NCBI GenBank assembly: GCA_963740355.1 | Contig: CAVUDW010000002.1 | Location: 1,504,001 to 1,568,000 of the forward strand | Length of the DNA: 64,000 bases | Reading direction: 5' to 3' | From: an uncultured Gemmatimonadaceae bacterium | GTDB taxonomy: Bacteria > Gemmatimonadota > Gemmatimonadetes > Gemmatimonadales > Gemmatimonadaceae | In this document: piece by piece, positions 19,232 through 28,113 of the stretch | Layout: each line of letters opens with the position of its first letter | Numbering within the stretch: position 1 is the stretch's first letter | Position numbers and translations under genes: made by a program | The notes under the pieces: model-generated | The model's database searches: none | Told to the model about the DNA's origin: nothing | The model's input: the letters and a program-made list of their open reading frames with translations, nothing else

Positions 19232-20517
19232 CGGGTGTGGTGACGACGGAATCGCAGGCGATCATGGCGCGTGCGCGTCAGCTCTTTCCTGGTGGCGTGA
19301 ATTCGCCCGTGCGTGCGTTCGGTGGAGTCGGTGGCGAACCGTTCGTGGTGCAGCGTGGCGAGGGGCCGTACATCTGGGATGTCGACGGCAATCGCTACAC
19401 CGACTTCGTGTTGAGCTGGGGGCCGCTGGTGCTGGGCCATGCCGCGCCGGTGGTGCTGGATGCGCTCCATGAAGTGATGCAGCGCGGTACCAGCTTCGGC
19501 ATTCCGACCGGACTCGAAGTGCAGTTGGCGGAGCTCATCACGCAGCGCATGCCGCACATCGAGATGCTGCGCTTCACCAGCAGCGGCACCGAGGCGGCGA
19601 TGAGCATCGCACGTGTCGCGCGTGCGGCCACGGGTCGTGATGCGATCCTCAAGTTCGACGGCTGTTATCACGGCCACGCCGACTCGTTCCTCGTGAAGGC
19701 TGGTTCTGGGGTCGCGACGCTCAACCTGCCCAATTCACCGGGGGTGCCTGCGGCGCTGGCGGCGCTGACCTACACGGCGCCGTTCAATGACCTCGACGCG
19801 GTGCGCGCGGTGGCGAAGCAGGTGCCGTTGGCGGCCATCCTGCTCGAGCCGATCATTGGCAATGCCGGCTTCATCGAGCCGCTGCCTGGTTTTCTCGAAG
19901 GCCTGCGGCAGATCGCCGATGAAACCGGGGCGCTGCTGGTGTTCGACGAGGTGATGACCGGTTTCCGCATCGCGTGGGGTGGCGCCGTCGAACGATTCGG
20001 CGTCACGCCCGACCTGACGGCGTTCGGCAAGGTGATTGGCGGCGGGCTCCCGGTGGCGGCCTATGGTGGCCGACGTGAGTTGATGCAGCAGGTGGCGCCG
20101 AGTGGCTCGGTCTATCAGGCCGGTACGCTCAGTGGCAATCCACTGGCCATGGCCGGTGGATTGGCGACGCTCAAGTCGCTGACACCCGAGTTGCACACGA
20201 TCATCACCAACCGGACCGGTGTGCTGGTGCAGGGGCTGCGCGACATCATGGCACGCGAAGGTGTGCCGTTCCACGCGTCGCACGCAGGATCGATGTGGGG
20301 CTTCTTCTTCCATCCGGGCCCGGTCACGAACTTTGCGGAAGCGCGCACCAGTGATGTGCCGCTCTTCAACAAGTTCTTCCACGCCGCGCGTGAGCGTGGC
20401 GTGTACCTCGCGCCGTCGGCGTTCGAGGCAGCCTTCATGAGCGCGGCGCACGGCGACGATGTCGTTGCCGACACGCTCGAACGGCTTTCCGATGCGATCC
20501 GCGCTGCGAAAGCGTAG
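19228..20517 (+). CDS. hemL: Glutamate-1-semialdehyde 2,1-aminomutase
   Basis: PGGVNSPVRAF, GCYHGHAD, DEVMTGFR, FGKVIGGGLP, YQAGTLSGNP. Confidence 0.95.
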   Translation: MTGVVTTESQAIMARARQLFPGGVNSPVRAFGGVGGEPFVVQRGEGPYIWDVDGNRYTDFVLSWGPLVLGHAAPVVLDALHEVMQRGTSFGIPTGLEVQLAELITQRMPHIEMLRFTSSGTEAAMSIARVARAATGRDAILKFDGCYHGHADSFLVKAGSGVATLNLPNSPGVPAALAALTYTAPFNDLDAVRAVAKQVPLAAILLEPIIGNAGFIEPLPGFLEGLRQIADETGALLVFDEVMTGFRIAWGGAVERFGVTPDLTAFGKVIGGGLPVAAYGGRRELMQQVAPSGSVYQAGTLSGNPLAMAGGLATLKSLTPELHTIITNRTGVLVQGLRDIMAREGVPFHASHAGSMWGFFFHPGPVTNFAEARTSDVPLFNKFFHAARERGVYLAPSAFEAAFMSAAHGDDVVADTLERLSDAIRAAKA

Positions 20518-21643
20518 CCACGGGCTGCTGTTCGCATCGCTCGCCTGCCTGGCGGGCGCCCCATCGCACGCGCTCCTCGCGCAGGAGCGGGTGCAGGCGC
20601 GTGTGCCCGAGCGTGCCACGGAGCGCGTCGACAGCGTGATCGAGTCCGGCCGGAATAGGGCGACCGTTGGCACGCACCTTGGCGACAAGACCATCCGCGT
20701 GCTCCTCGGACGGACGGCGCCGGGCGCGATGTCGAGCCGGAATGCCATCGGCATCGTGGAGTGGAACGGCCGACGCTATCGCGGTGAGGTCGACTTCGTC
20801 CCGGATGGTGGCACGGTGGCGGTGATCAACCGCCTCGATCTCGAGGAGTACCTGCGCGGCGTGCTGCCGGGTGAGATCGGCTCGCGTGATCCGCGCGATC
20901 GTGCCGCGCTGCAGGCGCAGGCAGTGGCGGCGCGTTCGTACGCCGCGGCGCGCATGGGCGAGCGTCGGCCGCTCTATGACGTCACCTCCACGGTTTCGGA
21001 TCAGGTGTACGGCGGCGTGACCGTGGAGCGACCCGAGACCGACGACGCGGTGCGCGCCACGCGCGGGCTGGTGCTCACCTGGGGTGATCGGATCATCACG
21101 GCACCGTATCACTCACATGGCGGCGCGATGACGGCCGGCGTCGATGAGGTGTTCTGGAAGCGTGGTGCCGAGCCGTACCTGCGTCCGGTAGACGACCACA
21201 CGTTGTCGGGTGGCTGCTTCTGTGACGCGAGCGGGAGCCGAGGGTGGGAGCGACGCTTCAGCACGGTGGACATCAACCGGCTGCTGGCGCAGTACGGCTC
21301 GGATGCCGGCGTAGCGACCGCGGGCGACGTGCGAGCGGTTCGCGTCGCGGCCCGGGGGCCATCGGGACGGGTGACGGCACTCGAGATCGAGACCAGCACC
21401 GGCCGCGTCACCTTGCGGGGCAATGACATTCGATCGGTCCTGCGCACCGACGGCGCGATCCTGCCCAGCACGAACTTCTCCCTCGAGTCGCTCGGCACCA
21501 CGATCGTGCTGCGGGGCGTTGGCAATGGGCATGGGGTTGGCATGTCGCAGTGGGGGGCGATTGGGCGTGCGAGGGCAGGGCAGGATGCCCGGTCGATTCT
21601 CGCCGCGTATTATCCCGGGACACGATTGTCGCCGCTGATGTAG
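20492..21643 (+). CDS. SpoIID/LytB domain lytic transglycosylase-like protein
   Basis: Signal peptide; LEEYLRGVLPGE, AQAVAARSYA, DQVYGG, GHGVGMSQWGA, ILAAYYPG. Confidence 0.9.
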   Translation: MRSALRKRSHGLLFASLACLAGAPSHALLAQERVQARVPERATERVDSVIESGRNRATVGTHLGDKTIRVLLGRTAPGAMSSRNAIGIVEWNGRRYRGEVDFVPDGGTVAVINRLDLEEYLRGVLPGEIGSRDPRDRAALQAQAVAARSYAAARMGERRPLYDVTSTVSDQVYGGVTVERPETDDAVRATRGLVLTWGDRIITAPYHSHGGAMTAGVDEVFWKRGAEPYLRPVDDHTLSGGCFCDASGSRGWERRFSTVDINRLLAQYGSDAGVATAGDVRAVRVAARGPSGRVTALEIETSTGRVTLRGNDIRSVLRTDGAILPSTNFSLESLGTTIVLRGVGNGHGVGMSQWGAIGRARAGQDARSILAAYYPGTRLSPLM

Positions 21644-21796
21644 TCCGAACCTGGCCTGCCAGCGGGTGGGCGTGCGTCGCCAGCGTCATGGCGTGTCCGC
21701 GTTGCAGATTGTCCGAGTTGCAGGTCGCATGTTGCTGCCGGTCGTTCTGCGCCCCCGCGAGGGAGGCGCCATCGCTTTCCGCCCTCCTTGTACCGC

Positions 21797-22804
21797 ATGT
21801 CCAAGCCAGCCCTCCGGATCGGTGTCATTGGCGCCGGCGCCATTGCCCAACTCGCCCACCTGCCCGTGCTCTCGAAGATGCGCGGCGTGCAGTTGGTCGC
21901 ACTCTGTGACAATGACGGCGCCAAGGTGCGTGCGCTGGCCGATCGCTTCAGCGTGCCCGACACCTTCACCGACATCGAGGAGCTGCTCGAGTTCGAGGAG
22001 ATCGATGCGGTCCTGATCTCGACGCCGAACCATCTCCATGAGCCACACGTGCTGAGCGCCCTCAAGGCCAAGCGGCACGTGCTCTGCGAACGCCCGCTGG
22101 CCCTCACGACCAAGGGCGTGGAGCGGATCATCGCGGCGGCGGAGAAGCACGAGATGAAGGTGTTGGTCGGCCACAACCATCGGTTCCGCACCGAGGTCCA
22201 GAATCTCGAGAGCTTCATCCACGGTGGTGAGCTTGGCCGCCTGATCGGCATCCGTGCTGGCGCGTACAAGACGCGTCGAGGCGATGCAGGCTGGCGTTCG
22301 CGTCGCGCGGAAGCGGGCGGCGGCATCTTTCTCGACCAGGGCGTGCCGCTGCTCGATCTCGCCTGCTGGCTCGCCGACTTCCCCGATCCGGTGCGTGTCA
22401 CGGCCAGCATGGAACGTGGCAGCGGTGTGCGTTCGGTCGAGGATGCGATGTTCGTCCACGTGCAGTACGCATCAGGGCTGAGTGTCGCGATCGACACCGC
22501 ATGGGGCTACGTGGGTGAGGAGGATCGCTGGTGGTTCGAGGTGCTGGCCTCGAAGGGCACCGCGCGCCTGGCGCCACTGCGCGTGGTGAAGGACCTCAAC
22601 GGTCGCGCGGTGGATGTGTCGCCCACCGGCGCCGCGCAACGAGACAGCGCGTTCATCCAGAGTTATCGCGCCGAGCTGGCACACTTTGCCGCCGTGCTGA
22701 ATGGCGATGTCGCATATGAGCCGCCGGTGGACCAGATCGTCGTGCAGCGCCTCGTCGAGGCGATCTACCGCAGCGCCGAAGAGGGGAAGGAAGTCCGGCT
22801 GTGA
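21797..22804 (+). CDS. Gfo/Idh/MocA family oxidoreductase
   Basis: IGVIGAGAIA, TPNHLH, VLCERP, GGGIFLD. Confidence 0.88.
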   Translation: MSKPALRIGVIGAGAIAQLAHLPVLSKMRGVQLVALCDNDGAKVRALADRFSVPDTFTDIEELLEFEEIDAVLISTPNHLHEPHVLSALKAKRHVLCERPLALTTKGVERIIAAAEKHEMKVLVGHNHRFRTEVQNLESFIHGGELGRLIGIRAGAYKTRRGDAGWRSRRAEAGGGIFLDQGVPLLDLACWLADFPDPVRVTASMERGSGVRSVEDAMFVHVQYASGLSVAIDTAWGYVGEEDRWWFEVLASKGTARLAPLRVVKDLNGRAVDVSPTGAAQRDSAFIQSYRAELAHFAAVLNGDVAYEPPVDQIVVQRLVEAIYRSAEEGKEVRL

Positions 22805-24054
22805 CGCGGCTCGCAGGCGTGATGCGTGCCGTGCGACGCGTCGCGCTGCGGGCGAGCCTCGTGCTGTGCGCGGCGCTCGTGACGCTGGCCCGACCGCTGT
22901 CGGCGCAGCGCGAGATCGACTGGTCGACGAAACCCGTCTACCTCATGACGATGGGGCAGGGCGACGAGGTGTTCGAGAAGTTCGGGCACAATGCGATCGT
23001 GGTGTGGGACGATGCCGCGGGCCAGCCCCTCGTCTACAACTGGGGCATGTTCGACTTCGAACAGCCGAACTTCATCGGGCGCTTCCTCACCGGTGATACG
23101 AAGTACTGGATGCAGCCATTCTCGCTGATGCAGACGCTGCGCCTCTACCAGCAGCTGAATCGCAGCGTCAGCTTGCAGGAGCTGCAGCTGACCCCGTCGC
23201 AGAAGACTCGGTTGGTCGCGATGCTGGCCGAGAATGCGAAGGAAGAGAACAAGTATTATCGGTACGACTATTACCTCGACAATTGCAGCACACGAGCACG
23301 TGACGCCATCGATGCGGTGACCGGCGGCGCGCTCAAGCGTGCGATGCAGGCGCAGCCGGGGCAGGGGAGCTACCGGTGGCACACCCGTCGATTGCTGGCC
23401 TACAGCGCGCCGCTCTACTTCGGCAGCGAGCTCGTACTCGGCGTCGACGCCGATGCGCCGCTCACCGGTTGGGACGAGGCGTTCCTGCCGCAGTCGCTCT
23501 CGGAGTCGGTGAAGCGGATCGAGTTGCCGGCGGCGGAGGGCCTGCCCGCGCGGTTGTTGGCGGGACCGGTGGATACGCTCTTCCGCGCCGATCGCGGACC
23601 TGAGCCCGGCGGCGTCGACTGGCGGGTCGCGCTGGCGGCGCTGGTTGGTGTGGTGATTGGTGTCGTCTTGACTGGAATGATCCGCGTCGGGCGTGTCGCC
23701 GCGGCGACGGCGATGGCGGCGTGGAGTCTCGTGATCACACTGTTCGGCAGTGGAATGCTGCTTGCATGGTTCGCCACCAAGCACGTCTTCATGGCCAACA
23801 ATCCCAGTGTCGCGCTGGTGAACCCGGCGTGGCTGCTTGGCCTGGTTGCGGCGGTGATGGTGCTGCGTGGTGGGGTGCCGAAGGGGGTACGCAGTGCACT
23901 GCGCTGGTTGCTGGTGATCGCCGTCATCGGCATGGCTGGCGCCGTGCTGCTTGGCCACGCTGGAAGTGCGCTCGAGATTGCAGCGCTGGTGCTGCCCGCG
24001 CATGCTGCCGTCGTCTACGCTGCCGATCGATATCGACTGCGAACCCCTGACTGA
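22801..24054 (+). CDS. DUF4105 / Lnb-like (lipoprotein N-acyltransferase N-terminal domain) membrane protein
   Basis: Signal peptide, FGHNAI, YNWGMFDF, Y.YDYYLDNCSTR (His/Cys dyad), C-terminal TM helices. Confidence 0.82.
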   Translation: MTRLAGVMRAVRRVALRASLVLCAALVTLARPLSAQREIDWSTKPVYLMTMGQGDEVFEKFGHNAIVVWDDAAGQPLVYNWGMFDFEQPNFIGRFLTGDTKYWMQPFSLMQTLRLYQQLNRSVSLQELQLTPSQKTRLVAMLAENAKEENKYYRYDYYLDNCSTRARDAIDAVTGGALKRAMQAQPGQGSYRWHTRRLLAYSAPLYFGSELVLGVDADAPLTGWDEAFLPQSLSESVKRIELPAAEGLPARLLAGPVDTLFRADRGPEPGGVDWRVALAALVGVVIGVVLTGMIRVGRVAAATAMAAWSLVITLFGSGMLLAWFATKHVFMANNPSVALVNPAWLLGLVAAVMVLRGGVPKGVRSALRWLLVIAVIGMAGAVLLGHAGSALEIAALVLPAHAAVVYAADRYRLRTPD

Positions 24055-25987
24055 CGTGGTCACACACTACATCGTGCGGCTGGACCCGCTCGAGCTCGTG
24101 TTCAACACGAGGCCGATCACGGCCCTCCTCGGCTACACCGCCGACGAGTACGGCACGATGACGCTCGAGACGGTGAACCGCCTCATACATCCCGATGACG
24201 TACCCGCGCTGCAGGCGCACATCTCACGACTTCACCTGCTGGCGGATGGTGAAGTCGCGTTATTGCGGCACCGGATGCGCAATGCGGCCGGCGGCTGGGG
24301 GTGGATCGAAGTCCGCGACTCGGTCTTCACACGCACGGCCAGCGGCACGCCGGAACAGGTGATCGGGACGGCGCGTGAAGTCACCGCGCAGATGCGAACG
24401 GCGGAGGCGCTGGAGTCGAGTGAGGCCCGTCACCGCTTGTTGGTGGAAACCATGCTGCAGGGGGTGGTCCACCACGGCGCCGATGGGAGCATCATCGCGT
24501 TGAATCCCGCTGCGGAGCGCATCCTCGGCCGACCCCGCGATGACTTCATCGGCAGCGATCCATCACGCGAGGAGCAGCACACCATTCGTGAGGACGGTTC
24601 GGCGTTTCCTGGAGCGGAGCACCCATCGAGTGTGGCGCTTCGTACTGGTGCACCGATCCATGGCGTCGTCATGGGCGTCTACAACTGGGATCGGCGCGAG
24701 TATCGCTGGTTGAGCGTCGATGCGGTGCCACTGCGTCGTCCCGGAGAGTCGGTGCCGTACGAGGTCTACACCGTCTTCGAGGACATCACGGATCGCCTGC
24801 GGGCCGAAAAGGCGTTGCGCGACGCACACACGCGGAAGGATCATTTCATCGCCACGCTGGCGCATGAACTGCGGAATCCGCTGGCGCCGATTCGTCATGC
24901 CGTGGCCGTGCAGCAGCGTCGCGCAGCTGCCGCCGGTGATCCGGAACTGGCCTGGTCGCAGGCGATCATCGACCGACAGGTCGGACACATGTCGCGGTTG
25001 CTCGACGACCTGCTGGACGCGTCGCGGATCGCGAGCGGCAAGCTCGAACTGCGGCGCGAACTGGTCGGGTTGAACGCCGTCATCGCACAGTCGATCGAGA
25101 CGGCGCGACCGCAGATCGACGCGTTGCGGCATGCGCTGTCGGTGTCCTTGCCGACACCGGACGTTTACGTTGACGGCGACCCGATTCGTCTCGCACAGGT
25201 GTTCTCGAACCTGCTCACGAATGCTGCCAAGTACTCCGAGGCTGGTGGCAGCATCGCGGTGACAGCGAGTCGTGACGGGGACGGCGTGGCCGTCACCGTG
25301 CGCGATACTGGCATCGGCATCGATGCGGCGAACCTGACGCGAGTGTTCGAGATGTTCGGCCAGATCGATGCCGCGATCGATCGTTCGCAGGGCGGGCTCG
25401 GCATCGGACTCTCGCTGGCACAGGCGCTGGTGACGCTACACGGCGGCCGCATCACCGTGCAGAGCGACGGTCTGGGAAAAGGCACGTCATTCACGGTATT
25501 CCTCCCCACCTCTCCTGACGCAGCAATGCCAGACGAACAGTCGTCCACGCCGGAGCTTGCAGATCCTGTCACCCCGCGCCGGTTGCTGGTGGTGGATGAC
25601 AACCGTGACGGCTGTGATGCGCTCGCGACCCTGCTCGGCATGATGGGGTTCGAAGTGGCTACCGCCTATGACGGGCTGGAGGCCGTGGAGCGCGCCGTGG
25701 ACGGCACGCCGGACGTGGTGCTGATGGATGTTGGCCTGCCGCGCCTGAACGGCTACGAGGCCTGTACGGCGATCCGCGCCACCGTGGGTGGTGAGCGTAT
25801 CGTGATGCTGGCGGTGACCGGCTGGGGCGCGGCTGCCGACCTGCGCAACGCGACGCAAGCAGGGTTCGATGCCCACCTGGTGAAGCCGATCGACATGCAG
25901 TGGCTTGGCCAGCTGCTGCCGTTGCCGCGGTCGGAAGTGCAGCGGCTGGAGACGATCCGGCGGTTGCGGCTGGGGTACGAGGCGTGA
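24002..25987 (+). CDS. PAS-domain hybrid sensor histidine kinase/response regulator
   Basis: Two PAS domains, LAHELRNPL, NLLTNAAKY, GGLGIGL, receiver VVDDN..DVGLP..KP. Start is ATG 24002 or GTG 24056. Confidence 0.88.
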   Translation: MLPSSTLPIDIDCEPLTDVVTHYIVRLDPLELVFNTRPITALLGYTADEYGTMTLETVNRLIHPDDVPALQAHISRLHLLADGEVALLRHRMRNAAGGWGWIEVRDSVFTRTASGTPEQVIGTAREVTAQMRTAEALESSEARHRLLVETMLQGVVHHGADGSIIALNPAAERILGRPRDDFIGSDPSREEQHTIREDGSAFPGAEHPSSVALRTGAPIHGVVMGVYNWDRREYRWLSVDAVPLRRPGESVPYEVYTVFEDITDRLRAEKALRDAHTRKDHFIATLAHELRNPLAPIRHAVAVQQRRAAAAGDPELAWSQAIIDRQVGHMSRLLDDLLDASRIASGKLELRRELVGLNAVIAQSIETARPQIDALRHALSVSLPTPDVYVDGDPIRLAQVFSNLLTNAAKYSEAGGSIAVTASRDGDGVAVTVRDTGIGIDAANLTRVFEMFGQIDAAIDRSQGGLGIGLSLAQALVTLHGGRITVQSDGLGKGTSFTVFLPTSPDAAMPDEQSSTPELADPVTPRRLLVVDDNRDGCDALATLLGMMGFEVATAYDGLEAVERAVDGTPDVVLMDVGLPRLNGYEACTAIRATVGGERIVMLAVTGWGAAADLRNATQAGFDAHLVKPIDMQWLGQLLPLPRSEVQRLETIRRLRLGYEA

Positions 25988-26046
25988 TGGGTGGGCGTAC
26001 ACGGGAATACCGGCGTAAGTCGTTGCACGGCCTGCGGTTAGGCGCC

Positions 26047-26238
26047 GATCAAGGGGTCGGAGATCTTGATCGATCAAGGGGTCAGAGATCTTGATCGGGA
26101 AAGTCTGGAGCTAAACACTTGCTCCGTAATGAGTTAGGCTCAGATCAAGGGGTCAGAGATCTTGATCGGGCGATTATGAAGCTAAATCGTTGCCCCTCTT
26201 CGCTTTAGGCTCAGATCAAGGGGTCAGAGATCTTGGTC
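26047..26238 (+). repeat. Left REP-like array: 4 copies of GATCAAGGGGTC(A/G)GAGATCTTG(A/G)TC
   Basis: Copies at 26047, 26072, 26143 and 26214; the last three have a 71-bp period. Each has 7-bp inverted arms GATCAAG/CTTGATC. Confidence 0.92.
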
Positions 26239-26267
26239 GGCCGAATCGCGAGGAGTCGCGCATCGCA

Positions 26268-26978
26268 TTAGCGATGGTCGTTTTGCCAGCCCACACCCCT
26301 GCGATCGCCGCCGTGCTGCTGTGGCGTCACCCGGCGCTTCAACTGCGCCTCCAGCCGACGGAGCGCGCGGCTTTCACCCACTGCTGCACATCCGAGGCTC
26401 GCGGCGCGAATCGCCTCAATTTCTCGCCTTGGTGCATCCGCGCTGCAAAAGGCTCGATACGCAGCTTGTCGCGCGTCCGGCGTCATGCCGAGGGCATTGT
26501 ATGCACCGTGCGAGGTCAGGAGTTCGTCACAGCCCCCGTGTGCCAGGTGTCTGTGGCTCGACCACTCGTACTCCACCGCGTGGCGCACGATTCCAGCGCG
26601 AACGGGATTGAGGTCGATGTACCTACAGCACGCCAGAAAGTACCGATCGCTACCCACGATCATTGAGTGGAAGCGGCCGTCCCACAGAGTCCCGCTTCTG
26701 CGGTGCCGAGTATTCCAGTGTCGCACGAATCGACTGCCAACACGCTGCATGAGTCGCGAGGGACCGAGTGGATGCGACGCCGTAAGCAGAAGATGAATGT
26801 GGTTTGACATCAGCGCATACGCGTGCACGGCGCACGATGTGCTCCTGCTGGCGTGCATCAGGATTTCGCGGAAGTGCGCAAAATCCATTTCGTCGTGGAA
26901 CTTGAGCTCGCGATTGTGGCAGCGCTGAGTCAGGTGGATTGGAAAGCCTGGTGCAATGAGTCTTGGCATGCGCGCCAT
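26268..26978 (-). mobile_element. REP-associated tyrosine transposase (RAYT; HUH/Y1 superfamily)
   Basis: HLTQRCHNR, HUH motif MSNHIHLL, GTLWDGRF, catalytic RYIDLNPVRAG, YEWSS; flanked by REP-like arrays. Confidence 0.9.
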
Positions 26979-27204
26979 TTGCGCCTCGGTGCGTGAGCCG
27001 ACAGCTCGGTGGGAAACGCGTAAGGATGCCGCAGCCTCAAGCGCCGCAGACGGCGTGTGAACGACGCGATTCTATCGCTTGGCGCTTCTCAACACCGCAC
27101 CTGATTCGCGCATCGATCATCGCGTGCACGCCGGCGTATCATTCCTTCAGCCGTTTCGCGGTGGCGCAGCAGCAAAGGAGCACTGATCTGAGCGAGACTG
27201 AGCC

Positions 27205-27371
27205 GATCAAGATCTCTGACCCCTTGATCGAGACGTAAGGCTCGTACTACGAAGGCTTTAGCCCGCGAACTCGCCGATCAAGATCTCTGACCCCTTGATC
27301 GAGACGTAAGGCTCGTACTACTAAGGCTTTAGCCCGCGAACTCGCCGATCAAGATCTCTGACCCCTTGATC
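27205..27371 (-). repeat. Right REP-like array: 3 inverted copies GATCAAGATCTCTGACCCCTTGATC
   Basis: Copies at 27205, 27276 and 27347 (71-bp period); exact reverse complement of the left-array consensus. The two 46-bp linkers differ by 1 nt. Confidence 0.92.
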
Positions 27372-27491
27372 GGCTTTCACCTTGATCGGATGCAGCCGCC
27401 TGCGCCAAAAACAACGCGCCCCGACCAGTCTCCTGATCGGGGCGCGTCGTCATCCGCGCATCGCAGCGCGTCACATCAAACGTTCATCGCA

Positions 27492-27908
27492 CTATCGACA
27501 GATCCACGGCGTCGCGTTTTCGCGCGCGGTGCTCCGGCGCGCACTCGTCTCGTCGATGGCAGTGAACGTCACCTCGAGAAACCCGTCGTCCTGACTCTGC
27601 GATGTGCACTGCATTTCCTTGCGGACACTGAAGGCGCCGTTCGCATCGGCCTTGATCGGGCCGAACGCAATCGCCTGGCTGGTGTTCGGCGGCGGCGACC
27701 CGGTGAGCTTCACCGGTCCGTTCGGCGTGAAGTTCGAACCCGTGATGGTGATCACGGGACCCGTCGCCTGACGCTGGATGCTCACGCTCAGCTTCAGCGG
27801 CGGTGTGGCCTGCGCATGGACCGCCATCGGCAGCGCAGCAAGGGCCAGCCCGAACAGGACAGTTGCCCCGATCGAGGACCAAGTGCGACGAGCCTGGTGG
27901 ACACGCAT
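27492..27908 (-). CDS. Hypothetical secreted protein (small, beta-rich, two Cys)
   Basis: AGGAG plus ATG 27908; signal peptide ending AVHA-Q; ITITGSNFTPNG...ADANGAF resembles Ig-like folds. Confidence 0.7.
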   Translation of the reverse strand: MRVHQARRTWSSIGATVLFGLALAALPMAVHAQATPPLKLSVSIQRQATGPVITITGSNFTPNGPVKLTGSPPPNTSQAIAFGPIKADANGAFSVRKEMQCTSQSQDDGFLEVTFTAIDETSARRSTARENATPWICR

Positions 27909-28113
27909 GAACGACTCCTGAAAAAGGGGTACCTGCAATCGAGGACGATTGCCGGCTGTCGAACGACACACCCACGACGACACACGTACATCGTATCGCG
28001 TGTAGGTGCAATTCGACACTGTAATATACACCGGTTCCGCGCTTGAGTTCACTGCGCCAAGTGGTTTGTTTCCTTGCACTTATGCCACTGCTCCGACCGC
28101 TGGTCAGGCTCCG

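Noticed and set aside
26268..26978. Ordinary IS200/IS605 insertion sequence
   Set aside because: At 236 aa with NPVRAG/WSS motifs and a C-terminal extension, the protein fits RAYT rather than the shorter IS200 TnpA. There is no tnpB.
26047..27371. CRISPR array call for the 25-bp repeat / 46-bp spacer pattern
   Set aside because: No cas genes in the window. The spacers are homologous to each other (one pair is nearly identical), and the arrays symmetrically flank a RAYT.
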